DNA of 64,000 bases from Octopus bimaculoides (Eukaryota), in the NCBI RefSeq assembly GCF_001194135.2, contig NC_068990.1, positions 63,507,926-63,571,925 on the forward strand, written 5' to 3'. Every line of letters starts with the position of its first letter. Within the stretch, counting starts at the first letter, position 1. This document shows, piece after piece, positions 52,261 to 64,000 of this stretch. Position numbers and translations under genes: made by a program. The notes beneath the pieces are model-generated. The model was not told the DNA's origin. It saw nothing but the letters and a program-made list of their open reading frames with translations, and did no database searches.

Positions 52261-52903
52261 CGTGTGTCTGTGTCTCTGTGCGCGTGTATGTATGTATGTA
52301 AATACAACGTGCATCCACGCATTATTCGGGCTAGGTCTGAAGTAGAAGTCCCATTCCTAAAGTGCCGCGCAGTGACATTGAACCTCAAAGCACTTGGTGA
52401 TGAAGCGCACTTCTAACATTCCGTTTCTCTATCCACATGATCATCCCTGCCCTTTTCATTTGCCAAATAGGAAATATATACTCCACATCAATGTAGTCTG
52501 AATATATTCAGCAGCCTTTTCTTTTATATTGTCTTATTACAATAAACAGCACAATATAGGTTTATTCTGTTTACTAAAATATGTCTGTCACTATTCTAGA
52601 CAGCAACTTCTTATTGAATTGATTTGAACTACAACCACACTCCTAAAGTTCTCAAGTATTTTTTCCTCGCTTCTTAATCCGAGTCTTTAGATCACCGTGA
52701 CGACGCCAACTATTGCTGGTTTGTTGTTGGTGTTGTTGTTGTTGGCATAATTGACTTTTATTGAAACCCTTCTCACGTCTAGCTATGTTACTAATGAAGA
52801 TGCCCTTTCGACATTGGAATGGATGTTATCTACTAATAGTTGTTGGCTTATCAATCTTGTACAATATTTTTGACCAGCTGTGCGTTTCAATACAGCCAAT
52901 ATT

Positions 52904-53075
52904 CTTTTCTACTCCATGCACAAGGCCCTAAATTTGGGGGGAGGGTGCCAGTCAATTAGATTGACCCCCAGTACGCAACTGGTACTTAACTTATCGACCC
53001 CGAAAGAATGAAAGGCAAAGTCGACCTCGGTGGAATATGAACTCAGAACGTAAACAGACCTGCCATCTCACCACC
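52904..53075 (-). mobile_element. Internally deleted SINE family 1 with a 15-bp TSD
   Basis: tttcaatacagccaa at 52885-52899 and 53076-53090. Confidence 0.9.
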
Positions 53076-54360
53076 TTTCAATACAGCCAACATTATAATG
53101 AGTTGCATTTCGCTACTATCCAGCTTGCTTACGTTTGGTCCTAGTTTATAGTTTAGATATTTTCATAAGACTGTGATATACCGTTTGTCATATTTTATTC
53201 ACGCATATAGTGTTTTCATTTTTTTCTTCTTTTTATACTAGAAACCGTTAAATTTGTATTACCACCTTAAGGAACTAGAAGGAAACCGTTGCTTTAGATA
53301 AGCAAAATGTTCTAACCAGAAACTCAAAATGAAATATGTTTTAACTTTACTTTAAAAATACGGTATTCTTACAGTGTATCTAAATGTTTGACTGACTTCT
53401 AGAGCATTTTATGGATGACGATGTAAATTTTTACTAAGTTTTAAAAACCCGAGTTATTTGTTTAATTGTTTGGACTTTTTTCTATTTTCAAAAGACATCC
53501 ATATAACTATTACTCTCTGAATTTGCAACTGCAGAAATTCAAAATAATTTTAGTTTTTTCATTATTTTCATGAGGCAGAAACAAACCCCCGGGCGAGTGG
53601 AAAGTCTTGGAAGGTTGTATTTTTTTTAAATATGTGGATATTTTGGCTCTGGTATATACTGATAACACATTTAAGAATGAAAATAGGTTCATGCAATGCA
53701 TTTGGGGGTCGAAATTCTCTGAAGTGTTTCAGGTTTTGTGGGAAATTTTTGCTTCTTACTAACTGGATATCAGAACTGGTAACTTTCTGTTAATATTTCT
53801 GGTTTCTTTGACTAGATAGATTTCTGGGCGACTGGAAAACAAAAACAACATCATATGTAACTTATTCCAGTATATCAGAGGTGATATTAAGATGACTAGT
53901 TCTACAGAAGACTTCTACAGAGGTTTGATGTAAACTTCCACAGCTTAAACATTAAATTATTTCCTCAACAATAATTGTATCTTTATGAATTCAGTAATAA
54001 TTGACCAAATTCTTTTCTACTTGTTACTCTTTTTATTTCATTCTAACTGGACATTAAACTACAAGGTTCGACGTTTACTATTCGAGGCAACTGCTTTCAG
54101 TTGAAGTCAGAGCGCTACTTCTGTTCTGAAGCCTTCAGTTGAGCAGTATGAGAAATACCATTAGAACGAAAAAGTACTTTATTCTAATACATAAAACCCT
54201 TTACAAGGCTGAAACTGTATTCTCCTCAATGAACAGTAATACTACTAGACACACATTAATCCGAGACGAAATTGAACAAAAATCCATTCAACCTACTGGC
54301 AAACTTACAACTTCTAAATGGCCTCAAACCCTAGCTCACTAAGCATGGTGTTTCTTTGCT

Positions 54361-54465
54361 CTTCATAGTTCAGTGACTTCTATTGATTACTTCATAGTTC
54401 AGTGACATCTATTGATTACTTCATATTGATTATTTCATAGTTCAATGACATCTATTGATTACTTC
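54361..54465. repeat. 29-bp minisatellite, ~3.5 copies (ttcatagttcagtgac(t/a)tctattgattac)
   Basis: Directly visible; one unit is internally deleted. Confidence 0.9.
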
Positions 54466-54824
54466 ACTACCTGAATATCTTGCCCTTCAGACCTCGTTAC
54501 CCCACAGGCCACGAACTAAACATTTCATATAATTCTTCCTCGCACACTCATCAATTTATTCCGATTACTCCGTCGTTCAGGTGTTCAAGTTGTATTAGTT
54601 CCACTAGTTGGAAAGATTTGAAGGGATATAGATGCCAGCCGTTTTTCTTTAATTCACTTATATATATCACTAGCTAATGTTACTCAGTGATAGGAGGTTC
54701 GCAACTGTAATTTTCTATTGAAAATAGTTTATCCAGGAGAAATTACAAAAGAATATCGTTTTATTATCCACATTAACTACGTATATAGCAGATTTATATT
54801 TGTACATTTTAATACTGTATGAAT

Positions 54825-55370
54825 AAAGTACCAGTCGATCACTGGGGTCGATGTAATCTAGTAACACCAATCCCCTAAATTTCAGGCCTTGTGCCAGTAG
54901 TACAAAGGAATATTTAATACTATCTAAGGCGGCGACTGACAGAATCGTTATCTTACCGACAAAATGCTCAGCAGCGTATCTTTCGATTTTGCATTTTTAG
55001 TTCAAATATTGCCGGGGTCAACTTTGCCTTTCATCCTTTCAGGGTCGATAAAGTAAGTACCAGGTGAGCACTGAGTCAATGTAATCGACTTAGCTCCTTT
55101 CCCTGAAATTGTTGACCTTGTGCCAAAATTTGAAACCAATATTTAATGCTCTCTCGGACGGTGAGATGGCAAAATCATTAGCACTCCAGGTAAAATGCTT
55201 AGCGGCATTTCGCCCGCCTTTACATTCTGAGTTCAAATTCCACCGAAGTCGACTTTACCTTTCATTCTTTCGGAGTCGTTAAAATAAGTACCAGTTCAGC
55301 ACTGTGGTCAATGTAAGCGATTTACCTCCTCCCCTGAAATTCCTGGCCATACACCAACATTTGAAACAAA
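54825..55370 (+). mobile_element. Head-to-tail array of three family 1 SINEs (3' fragment type A 54825-54910; type B 54926-55140; type B 55158-55370)
   Basis: Each unit is flanked by a recurring at(a/t)tt(t/c)aatRct linker. Confidence 0.9.
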
Positions 55371-57366
55371 TATCTAATGCTACCTGGTTGGGCAAAAATT
55401 TCATCCGTAAATGTAGGGCCATAATGCATTAATAATAGTTTGACGTTATGTTTGATCATAAATCTAATCTAAAAAGTTAATTCATACTTTGATTTAACTA
55501 AATTATTATTAAATACCAATAAATACTCCAAAATAATTTGAACGGTACATTAATAACTTAAATTACTCAAGTGAGCAACAAAACAGAAGCTCTATATATC
55601 ATTAAAATACCTAGTTCAATTTAAAAGTCACAGGTCTCTCTAAATTCATAGGAAAAATGGGGATCTGTAATATCCATAACTTTCTGCTAAAATATCTAAA
55701 TACTGAATGTGAACTTAAATGTTTTGATGAAATATCACAAGCTTTGTTAATAATTTCTTGACAATGTGCCAGCAATTATTTCATTCCAAGCAGTTTTTGT
55801 TTAACTAAACAAAACTTTTTTTTAGTACAAGCAAATAAATAATTTATTGTGAAGATCATTCCTTTCTAAAGTCATTAGTACTGTACAGTGAAATGACTTG
55901 GGCATGAAATGACTTGAAATGGCATTCTTGAATTTCTGAGAGCTTAACTTTTTGCTGTATGGCAATTGCATATTTCGTTGTATATAGTGCACTAATTATT
56001 AGTTACTTGTCACAAAGAAAATAATCAGAACATCAATTACTTTTTTCTTACTTCAAATGTTTTTCTTCAGAAATATTTTTCTCAGATTCTAATTATACTG
56101 GAAATTTGTTAATCCACTATATTAGAATACGATACTCAGAAAACCATTTTTTGTTATTATTTCAATAAGAAATCTGCTTGGGAAATCAAATTATCTTGTT
56201 AACATCTTTTTTTAATTAAATATATTTTTTCTTTTCTTTTCTTATTTTTCATAGTTCAAAGAATGATTTTAACCTCAAAATAAAAAAAAAATTGTATTCT
56301 GTTATTTCATTATTTCTTCTCCATACAAAAGCAACGGAACACTTTTAATCTTAGTTTTTCCTTTATTATCGATGAAAAACGATTTTTACATTACATAGAA
56401 AGCTAAATGTTTTAGCAGATGAGGTAAACATTTCTTTCTATCGGGTTTCTATTCTTTTAGGATGATTATATAAGATTACAGAGCAATTTTTCATGTTAGC
56501 AATTTTGTTTTTATTAAATTGTTTTCATTTTATTTATTTGTTGCCTATCTATTACTAAAAAAATTAAATTTTTCCTCTATTCTTAATTACACAAAATGTT
56601 ATCAAAACTAGAAAAAAAACGTCTGCAGGTGACTTTAAACAAGAGGAACTTTATCGTCTCACACACTGTAGAGAATTATATACATGCTAAAATAATAAAC
56701 ATACGCAATTCATATGTTTTGCAAACTGCTTAAGTGAAATATAACTTGGCGATGTTAGATTCATTGCCTTTATCGCTATTACTAAAACTCACTCACTGAT
56801 TAAATTATTATATGAAAGAAAAACTTACAAAATAGTTAACATTACAGTATTTATTACAAATAGGTCGAAACCTGAACCACCAAATTCAGCAAACTATCTA
56901 CGAAAACAACGGATTATTCGTGGAAGCAAGACTTATAACACAGACATCTGCTGAAATAAATATAAAGACAATCATATACGAATGACAAAGAGTAAAAAGC
57001 TCACTGTCTGATTAGGTATAACGATAAGAATTTAAAAAATTCCAGCGAAAAAATCCCTTAGGCCCTACTGGTTATGAAGCAACAACAACATACATCAAGC
57101 GAAAACCCCACCAGGTTTATGAGTCTGAGAAACGATGGATTAGGGAAATATAACATCCAAGACTAGCTAAAAGGAGCTCTTATAAAATATGGAGAAGATG
57201 AAGTTACCACTTGGACAGGCAAAGTCTATTCTCAGCATATTGGCATAGAAATCTTTTTTGTTTATAATTGTTTATAATTTTCACCTTTAAAGGTATTTTA
57301 ATATGCTGGCCACTTTGATGAAATATTTTTGGAAAAAATGTTATCCTATGTATGTATGCATGTATG

Positions 57367-57583
57367 TAATTTAATTTATATAAGGGCATTACTATACAAT
57401 AATGCCTCACGCTTAGAGGGACTCCATAAGTCCAAACTACCAAAATAAGCACATTTTTACCAATTGCGAGGGAATGCAACTCGCGATCGGTAAAAATGAG
57501 CTTATTTTAGTAGTTTTGACTTATGGAGTCCCTCTAAGCGTGTGGCATTATGGTATAGTAATGCCCTTATATAAATTAAATTA
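57367..57583. repeat. Long inverted repeat / fold-back MITE (104-bp arms, 9-nt loop)
   Basis: 57367-57470 vs 57480-57583 differ at about 7 positions by eye (~93% complementary). Confidence 0.93.
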
Positions 57584-57751
57584 TATATACTTATTGAAAA
57601 AAATTATGGTTTTTTTTTCCTTATGAGGTTTTTTCACGCTAACTACTTGATAAATTCTTATAAAGTATTTATCCTCATATTATATATATGTGTGTATGTA
57701 TGTATGTATGTATATATGTATGTATGTATATGTGTGTGTGTACATATAGTA

Positions 57752-58030
57752 AGGGCGCATGGTCTAGTAGTCACACGAGGTCGTGGTTTCAATTCCTGAA
57801 CCGGGTGGTACCTTGTGTTCTTGAGTAAAACAGTTCATTTCACGTTGCTCTGGAATCACTTCGACATCTGACGTGTGATACACAGTGCACCTGTTCAGGC
57901 AATTTTGGTTTGTTGTAAGGAAGTAGTAGACTAATGACAGCACATACATTTGATCGCTATAAACAAATCAGTTGTGCAGGTCGTGCAGCAAAAACTGAAC
58001 ACTCATACGTTGTCTTCTTTTACTGAGAAG
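57752..58030 (+). mobile_element. Degenerate tRNA/CORE-type SINE
   Basis: agggcgcatggtctagtag...ggtttcaattcctgaaccggg...gtgttcttgagtaaaacagttcatttcacgttgctc is homologous to 12357-12480. Confidence 0.75.
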
Positions 58031-58979
58031 GCACAAGCATGCAAGAACGTGTTTAGAATTATGAGTATATAATCAATACACACAAGAAATTTAGAATTAA
58101 AAAGTGATATTTTTATGGGCATACATTCAGACAAATGTGTGTTTAGAGGTATTTCGAGATAGTATAGAAAGGTAAGTAGATATCGATAAAACGATAGGTA
58201 TGAAGACAGAAAGATAGATGACTATGAGGATAGACAGGTAGGCAGATAGGTAGATNNNNNNNNNNNNNNNNNNNNNNNNNNNNNNNNNNNNNNNNNNNNN
58301 NNNNNNNNNNNNNNNNNNNNNNNNNNNNNNNNNNNNNNNNNNNNNNNNNNNNNNNNNNNNNNNNNNNNNNNNNNNNNNNNNNNNNNNNNNNNNNNNNNNN
58401 NNNNNNNNNNNNNNNNNNNNNNNNNNNNNNNNNNNNNNNNNNNNNNNNNNNNNNNNNNNNNNNNNNNNNNNNNNNNNNNNNNNNNNNNNNNNNNNNNNNN
58501 NNNNNNNNNNNNNNNNNNNNNNNNNNNNNNNNNNNNNNNNNNNNNNNNNNNNNATATATATATATATAAGAGTAGATAGGTAGATAGACTTAACTATGTA
58601 CAAATAGTCTATTGCGAGGGGGACATATAGAATGTGGACAGAGGAGACAAGCACACTGATAGGTTATTGTTTAATTCAATTGATGCATCGATAAGCACAT
58701 ATCTAACGACAAGCATTTACTTATTATTCGTATTTATGTGTACCCATATATATTTCCCAAAATACCTTGATATGTATTTCCGGGGATCATTTTAGAAGTC
58801 TGATCAGTTATCAAAATAGCAAATTTGGAGGGTACATAAATCAAACAGCTTGGCATCACAAGAAAGCATGACATACATGCTAAAATGTGCGTATTAGTAT
58901 ATATTTTAATGCATTTCTTTTGATCTCTTTTATGTGTCACCTTGTTTATCTTATATACATATACACAAATATGTATGTG

Positions 58980-59096
58980 TATATAAATAAGTGTGCGTGT
59001 GTATGTGTATATATATATATATATGTATGTATGTATATATGTATGCATGCATGTATGCATGTATGTATGCATGCTGCATGTCTGTGTATATGTATG

Positions 59097-59127
<31 letters not shown>

Positions 59128-59447
59128 GTATATGTATGTGTGCCTCTGTGTGTGTGTAGAGAGAGAGAGAGAATGCAAAAACAGAAAGCAAAGACGAGTT
59201 AAAGAAAAGAAACCATTGTGTATTAGGGTCATGCTTAGGAAATTAGAGAAAAAAGAGAGAAATGTCTTTTATGTTTCGAGTTTTCACTCTTTCTGTGAAA
59301 GACTGGATAGAGAAGAAGAGAAAAGAATGGATACGGAAAAGGTGAGAAATAGAAGCGTACTTGCAGCCAATCGAATCGGTATACTGAATACACACCTAAG
59401 TACACACACATGCACACACAGGCACAGACACACACACACACGCACAC

Positions 59448-59481
<34 letters not shown>

Positions 59482-59482
59482 G

Positions 59483-59530
<48 letters not shown>

Positions 59531-59600
59531 TATTCATATACATATAAGTGCACACTCGTACATTCGCGTAAAAATAATCATATATACACATACATTCATA
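58980..59600. repeat. (TA)n/(TATG)n/(GA)n/(CA)n/(TAGA)n microsatellite cluster
   Basis: Directly visible; it accounts for the many overlapping Y/I/C/V ORFs. Confidence 0.95.
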
Positions 59601-60659
59601 CACATATATAAACATATATGCACACACGTTTATAAATAAATCAAGTATTATAATTATATATAATTTTATATATTAGTGTAAAATAAAGGCAAACATTTAA
59701 AGAAAGTAATAGAATAACCTAAATTATAAATCAGAATTTGAAAACTGAATATAATCGAATAAAAATGAAAGGGCAGATGTATTTACAGATAGACATGTAT
59801 GAGGGTCAATAAGTAGATAAATAAATAAGTAGATGGATATGAATGTAGAAAGATAGATAAACATGAGAACAGATAGGTAATTAGACGTGCGTTTAGACCT
59901 ATAGTTATATGGATTAGTGGATGGACAGAACAGTAGAGAAACGGAGAGACAGAGTGCATAAGCAGATATTGTATAATTACTGACGAGCAGGCATAAGCAC
60001 AGATACGTAAATTAAGCAATCACCCACGGTACTCGCCTAATAACTGACTGCTTTATAAGCAGCTGATCTGTGTTATTAATTGGGGAAGGAAACCGGCCAC
60101 GACTTCTCTGTTTCTCTTGTTTTTTTCCCCCTTCTCATCAATAGTTTATAAAGTAAATGTGTTTACATTCTTACTGAAACCACTGTAAGGAATTATAATA
60201 CTGAAATGCATTTCAGTTCCTCTGATTTATTCTGCTTAAATGTATATTATTTACTTCATAATCAGTCATCAAAATTACAACTAGGAAAATTAGGCTTCCC
60301 ACCAAAGTGCATGTCTAATTCATTACTCTTTCGTAAGCAGCTGACTTGTGTATATTATTGATTGAGGAAGGAAGCCGGTTAAGTCTTCTTTGAGATGCAG
60401 TCAACAGACCGGAAAACAGTCTGACAAGAGGCTCTCTCATTACACACACGCACACAAACACACACACACTCATGCACACACATCAATAGTATAGAAAGAA
60501 TTTTTTTACATTTTTATTTAACCCACAGTGAAGCATTGTATTTAAACGTATTTCAGTTATGATTTAGGATGTATAATGTGTGTGTGTTTATATTGTTGCT
60601 GATGTTTCTATGGTTGTTGTTAGACAAAGGAAAATAAACAGACACATTACGTCAACAAA

Positions 60660-61420
60660 TACCTAAGAATCAAACAAATACATACACCTAAAGGAGAAAG
60701 TAAATATCCACACAACTAAAAGATGTCTGTGGTAAAATCACTCCTCAGAAGAACATTTGTATCCTCGTTCACAATACACCAGAGAAAGAAATACATAGAA
60801 TTAACTAAACATTAACAACAGATATTCTAACGAACTAGTAAACCAAACTATTAACGAATGAAAACACAAATACAATATAACAAATATGTCTCAGAATACA
60901 CTTAACAGTAATGCACAAATCAAATTTTAAAACTATGACAAGAACGAAATTCATAAAATCTACAGGTGAACATATAATGAAAAGAAATTAGTAAAGCATA
61001 CAAGAAAATACAGCACACCTGGCCATAAACTTAAACTAATAATAAAATGCAAACACCAGAACCAAAACCCCTCTTATTATGAAAGCTCCAGGAATATGTG
61101 TGCCCAAGAACAAACTGCATATAACCAATGTGGTCTATAAATTTGACTGTAACACTAAATGCTGCAGACCTCAGGATACTATTACGTTGGACAGACCAAT
61201 ATAGCACTCTCACGTAGGCGCACCATGCACTTGCAACATGAAGCTATTTCACAGCATTATACCACACAACACAAAACGAAATTAGAAAAGTACTTGAGAG
61301 AAATACGTACATAGTTAATGAAGTTCACATAAATCGGAAGGTTAATTATGGAAACCCTACTCATGCTGCAATAATAATACCAAAATTAGCACACAAGCAT
61401 ACACATCAACAAGTTAACAC
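60660..61420 (+). mobile_element. Penelope-like element fragment: RT C-terminus and GIY-YIG endonuclease
   Basis: MSVVKSLLRRTF; TNVVYKFDCNTKCC; YYVGQTNIALSRRRTMHLQH; RLIMETLL; multiple stops and frameshifts. Confidence 0.8.
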
Positions 61421-63824
61421 GAGGCTATTTACATAAAAGCATAAATAAATCTACCAATAAAAATTTGGTACAAACAATTCAGCACGTGAGTGCTGAGGCA
61501 TAATGCTAAGGGTCAAAAAAACGAATTTAGTCACGAGTATAAGAAACAACAAAAACGCCAAATATATTCATTTCAATTCTTGATAATGATATACTGAAGA
61601 CCTAGAAACTTAAAATATTGATTTAGGAAATCTGATGTTCCAACCCAACTATAAAAAGTTAATAAGAAAAGGGATTAATTTATAAGTTTTGATCTCTTGC
61701 TTTAGCTATATAAATTAAACAGAAGTAAGTGAACACATTTAGACTCTCTATCAAGGAAGTTGGAGTCTAAGAGCTCAAATTTAAGAGAGTTGTTTAGGAA
61801 CAAAGCACTTTTACTTTGAAGCCTTTATTCTCAATGTGTTGGGTGTCAGTGAAGTCAGGTCTGAAATCGCCTACATTTTTAATTCTCCGAGAAACATGCA
61901 AATTAAGGCAAATTTCTGTGATATCATACGGTAGCCCAAATAAGGTCCTGTAATCATGCTGCTTCGATTCTATCATATTAAAAAAGCACGCAAATTTAAT
62001 TTTTTCATTGATCATGGTGATAAAATTAGAATGTGAAATTTAATCCTTATGTTTATAACCTACGCAATAGCATCACTCCCATTCGGGAAACATTGTGTAA
62101 ACGTGAATCAGCAATAATGATTGCGACAATAAAACCGTCGCTTCATTCCAGGGATCGTGTCTAGTTTATTTGGTTCCAAATATTTTATTGTTAAATAGGT
62201 GTAAACCTTGTCTTTTTTTTTTTTTTAGTCTTACTGTGGTCTTAAGTTGCAAAATTACCTTGTAACAAAATACCTAATAGCGTAAGAGGAAAGAGCGAAT
62301 AAAAAAATACAATTTAAAAATTCCATCATACAGACCAAATATTTCTATTGAACTAAGATAAAACCTTACCAAAGATAATTTACCTGACCTGAGAATTAAG
62401 GAATTGGAAAAGGAAATACCTAACGTTTTCATATTTCGAATAAAGTGCAATTCGGAAACGGCCAACAATAGCTAAAACCCAAGAAAAGCAACTTCCGCTG
62501 ATCGTTTTAAAGGAAGATAACATTATTTATATTGTTAAAACCCAGTACACATATAACCTGAATATCTTTCCTGTAACTGCAGTTTCATCGAAATAAACTT
62601 GTCCCTTTTTTAATTTAGAATTGTGTCGTGTGTCGTTGTGTCCTGTAACATATAAACTATAATTGCTGATAGAATAAACAACTCGACAGTATCCTTCCAG
62701 CGTTTGTCTACGAGAAACTCTAAATCAAACTAACATCACAATATTTGTATATCATTTGAACATGGAATACATATTACTTCTTTAATAATGTCGTTATTAG
62801 ATTGTTATACGTAGAACTTTTCAGAAGGTTTTAGCGTTGAAGACTTTATTTTCCTTTCCTAAAAAACGCAAATATCTTTCTGTTTCACTAACCATATTTT
62901 TAAGCGTATGACTTTTACCTTTAATTACTGAAAAGTATATTCTGTTTCAAAGCTATATTAAATATTCATTTTTCATTTCGTTTTCCTCCTTTAAGCAAAT
63001 ATATTGTTTTGGTGTACATGTTATAGATTCCACTTATTGCATCTCAACTTGGTTGTTAAGATACTTAGTTTGTCGCCATTCATTGGCCATGGACACAGCC
63101 GATTGCCGCCACTGTCGCTTGCCAGTTATTTGATAGTCACTAATTAGTGATCCATAGACGTGTGTTTATTCAATATGTTATGTATGCTACTAATTAGACT
63201 GCTAGCTTTGTTGCTAATTACAGATTATTAGTGAAAACTTACTTCCAGACATTTTGTTATATTTATATTTTAGTTTTTAAATTGTTATGCCAGCAAAAGT
63301 ATAAACTAATTCAATTAGCGAATATTTTGTATTTCTTTCGCATTTTCTCTCATATCCTCTTTTACTACTTTCTCGCCTCAATTCTGTCTTCTTCCCTCAG
63401 TATTTCCTACTTTTCTCTCCTGTTTTCAGCACACCTCACTTCTTTGTCTCCTACTTTCCCTGATAGTGATTTGTTTTTAAGTTTTTGCTTTTTTGTTGTG
63501 TCTTTTTTTCTTTTACAAAAAGCATTCCTTTTCCATTTATCAGGTTCTTTTTATGTTTTAATTCAGTTTCTTTTTTTTATTTAAACAAATGTGGTGTTGA
63601 AGTAAAACACAGAATTGCATATTTTAAAGTACTTTGTGACTTACGATTCTGAGTTCAAATTTAATGTAGCCTCTCGGTAACGTCTAGTTTGGTAGAAGGA
63701 TTTTTTCTTGAATACCAGCAATATTCTGGCATGAAGTGGCTCTAGTAAATTAATAGCAAGGGGAAAATATGAGATTACGTTATCATATTTACTTTTTCTC
63801 CTCTCTGATTTTTACTACATAGAC

Positions 63825-63832
63825 AGACAGAC

Positions 63833-63899
<67 letters not shown>

Positions 63900-63975
63900 A
63901 TACTAGCCACTCAGCAGGCAGATCGACAGATAGATAGAAAGATAGATAGAATACCAGCCAGTTAGCCAGACAGAT
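63825..63975. repeat. (TAGA)n microsatellite
   Basis: Directly visible. Confidence 0.97.
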
Positions 63976-64000
63976 AGACTCTCGTATTGACTCTCGAGCC

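Noticed and set aside
54361-54465. 29-bp repeats as a CRISPR-like array
   Set aside because: The repeats are contiguous with no unique spacers, in eukaryotic context; this is an ordinary minisatellite.
60055-60395. Two diverged ~55-bp direct repeats about 280 bp apart as a retrozyme unit
   Set aside because: There is no CUGANGA core between them, only a short ordinary hairpin.

Overview
This is an AT-rich, repeat-dominated animal genomic window from a gapped short-read scaffold (8 N-runs). The SINE families and the density of (CA)n/(TA)n/(TAGA)n/(TTA)n microsatellites suggest a coleoid cephalopod, probably Octopus; this is recognition from memory, not a search result. Almost all ORF-track entries are microsatellite or low-complexity artefacts. 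Supportable content: about 30 tRNA-derived SINE copies or fragments from 3-4 families, a decayed Tc1/mariner (maT-like) element with TIRs, and a MULE with a 9-bp TSD inserted into a Tx1/L1-like LINE. There are also decayed CR1/L2-type and RTE LINE fragments, at least three distinct Penelope-like elements (PLEs) plus PLE 3' modules, and one convincing host exon encoding the C-terminal half of an SRCR domain (15659-15815, +). The most interesting signals are: (1) a near-intact minimal type I hammerhead ribozyme at 14604-14664, with decayed relatives at PLE ends; (2) SINEs repeatedly inserting into the 3' tail or target site of earlier copies; (3) a tandem MITE-like pair whose interior is flipped between copies; and (4) a 104-bp-arm hairpin. 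No CRISPR array, rRNA gene or genuine tRNA gene was seen. All coordinates were read by eye and are approximate unless a TSD or splice site is cited.
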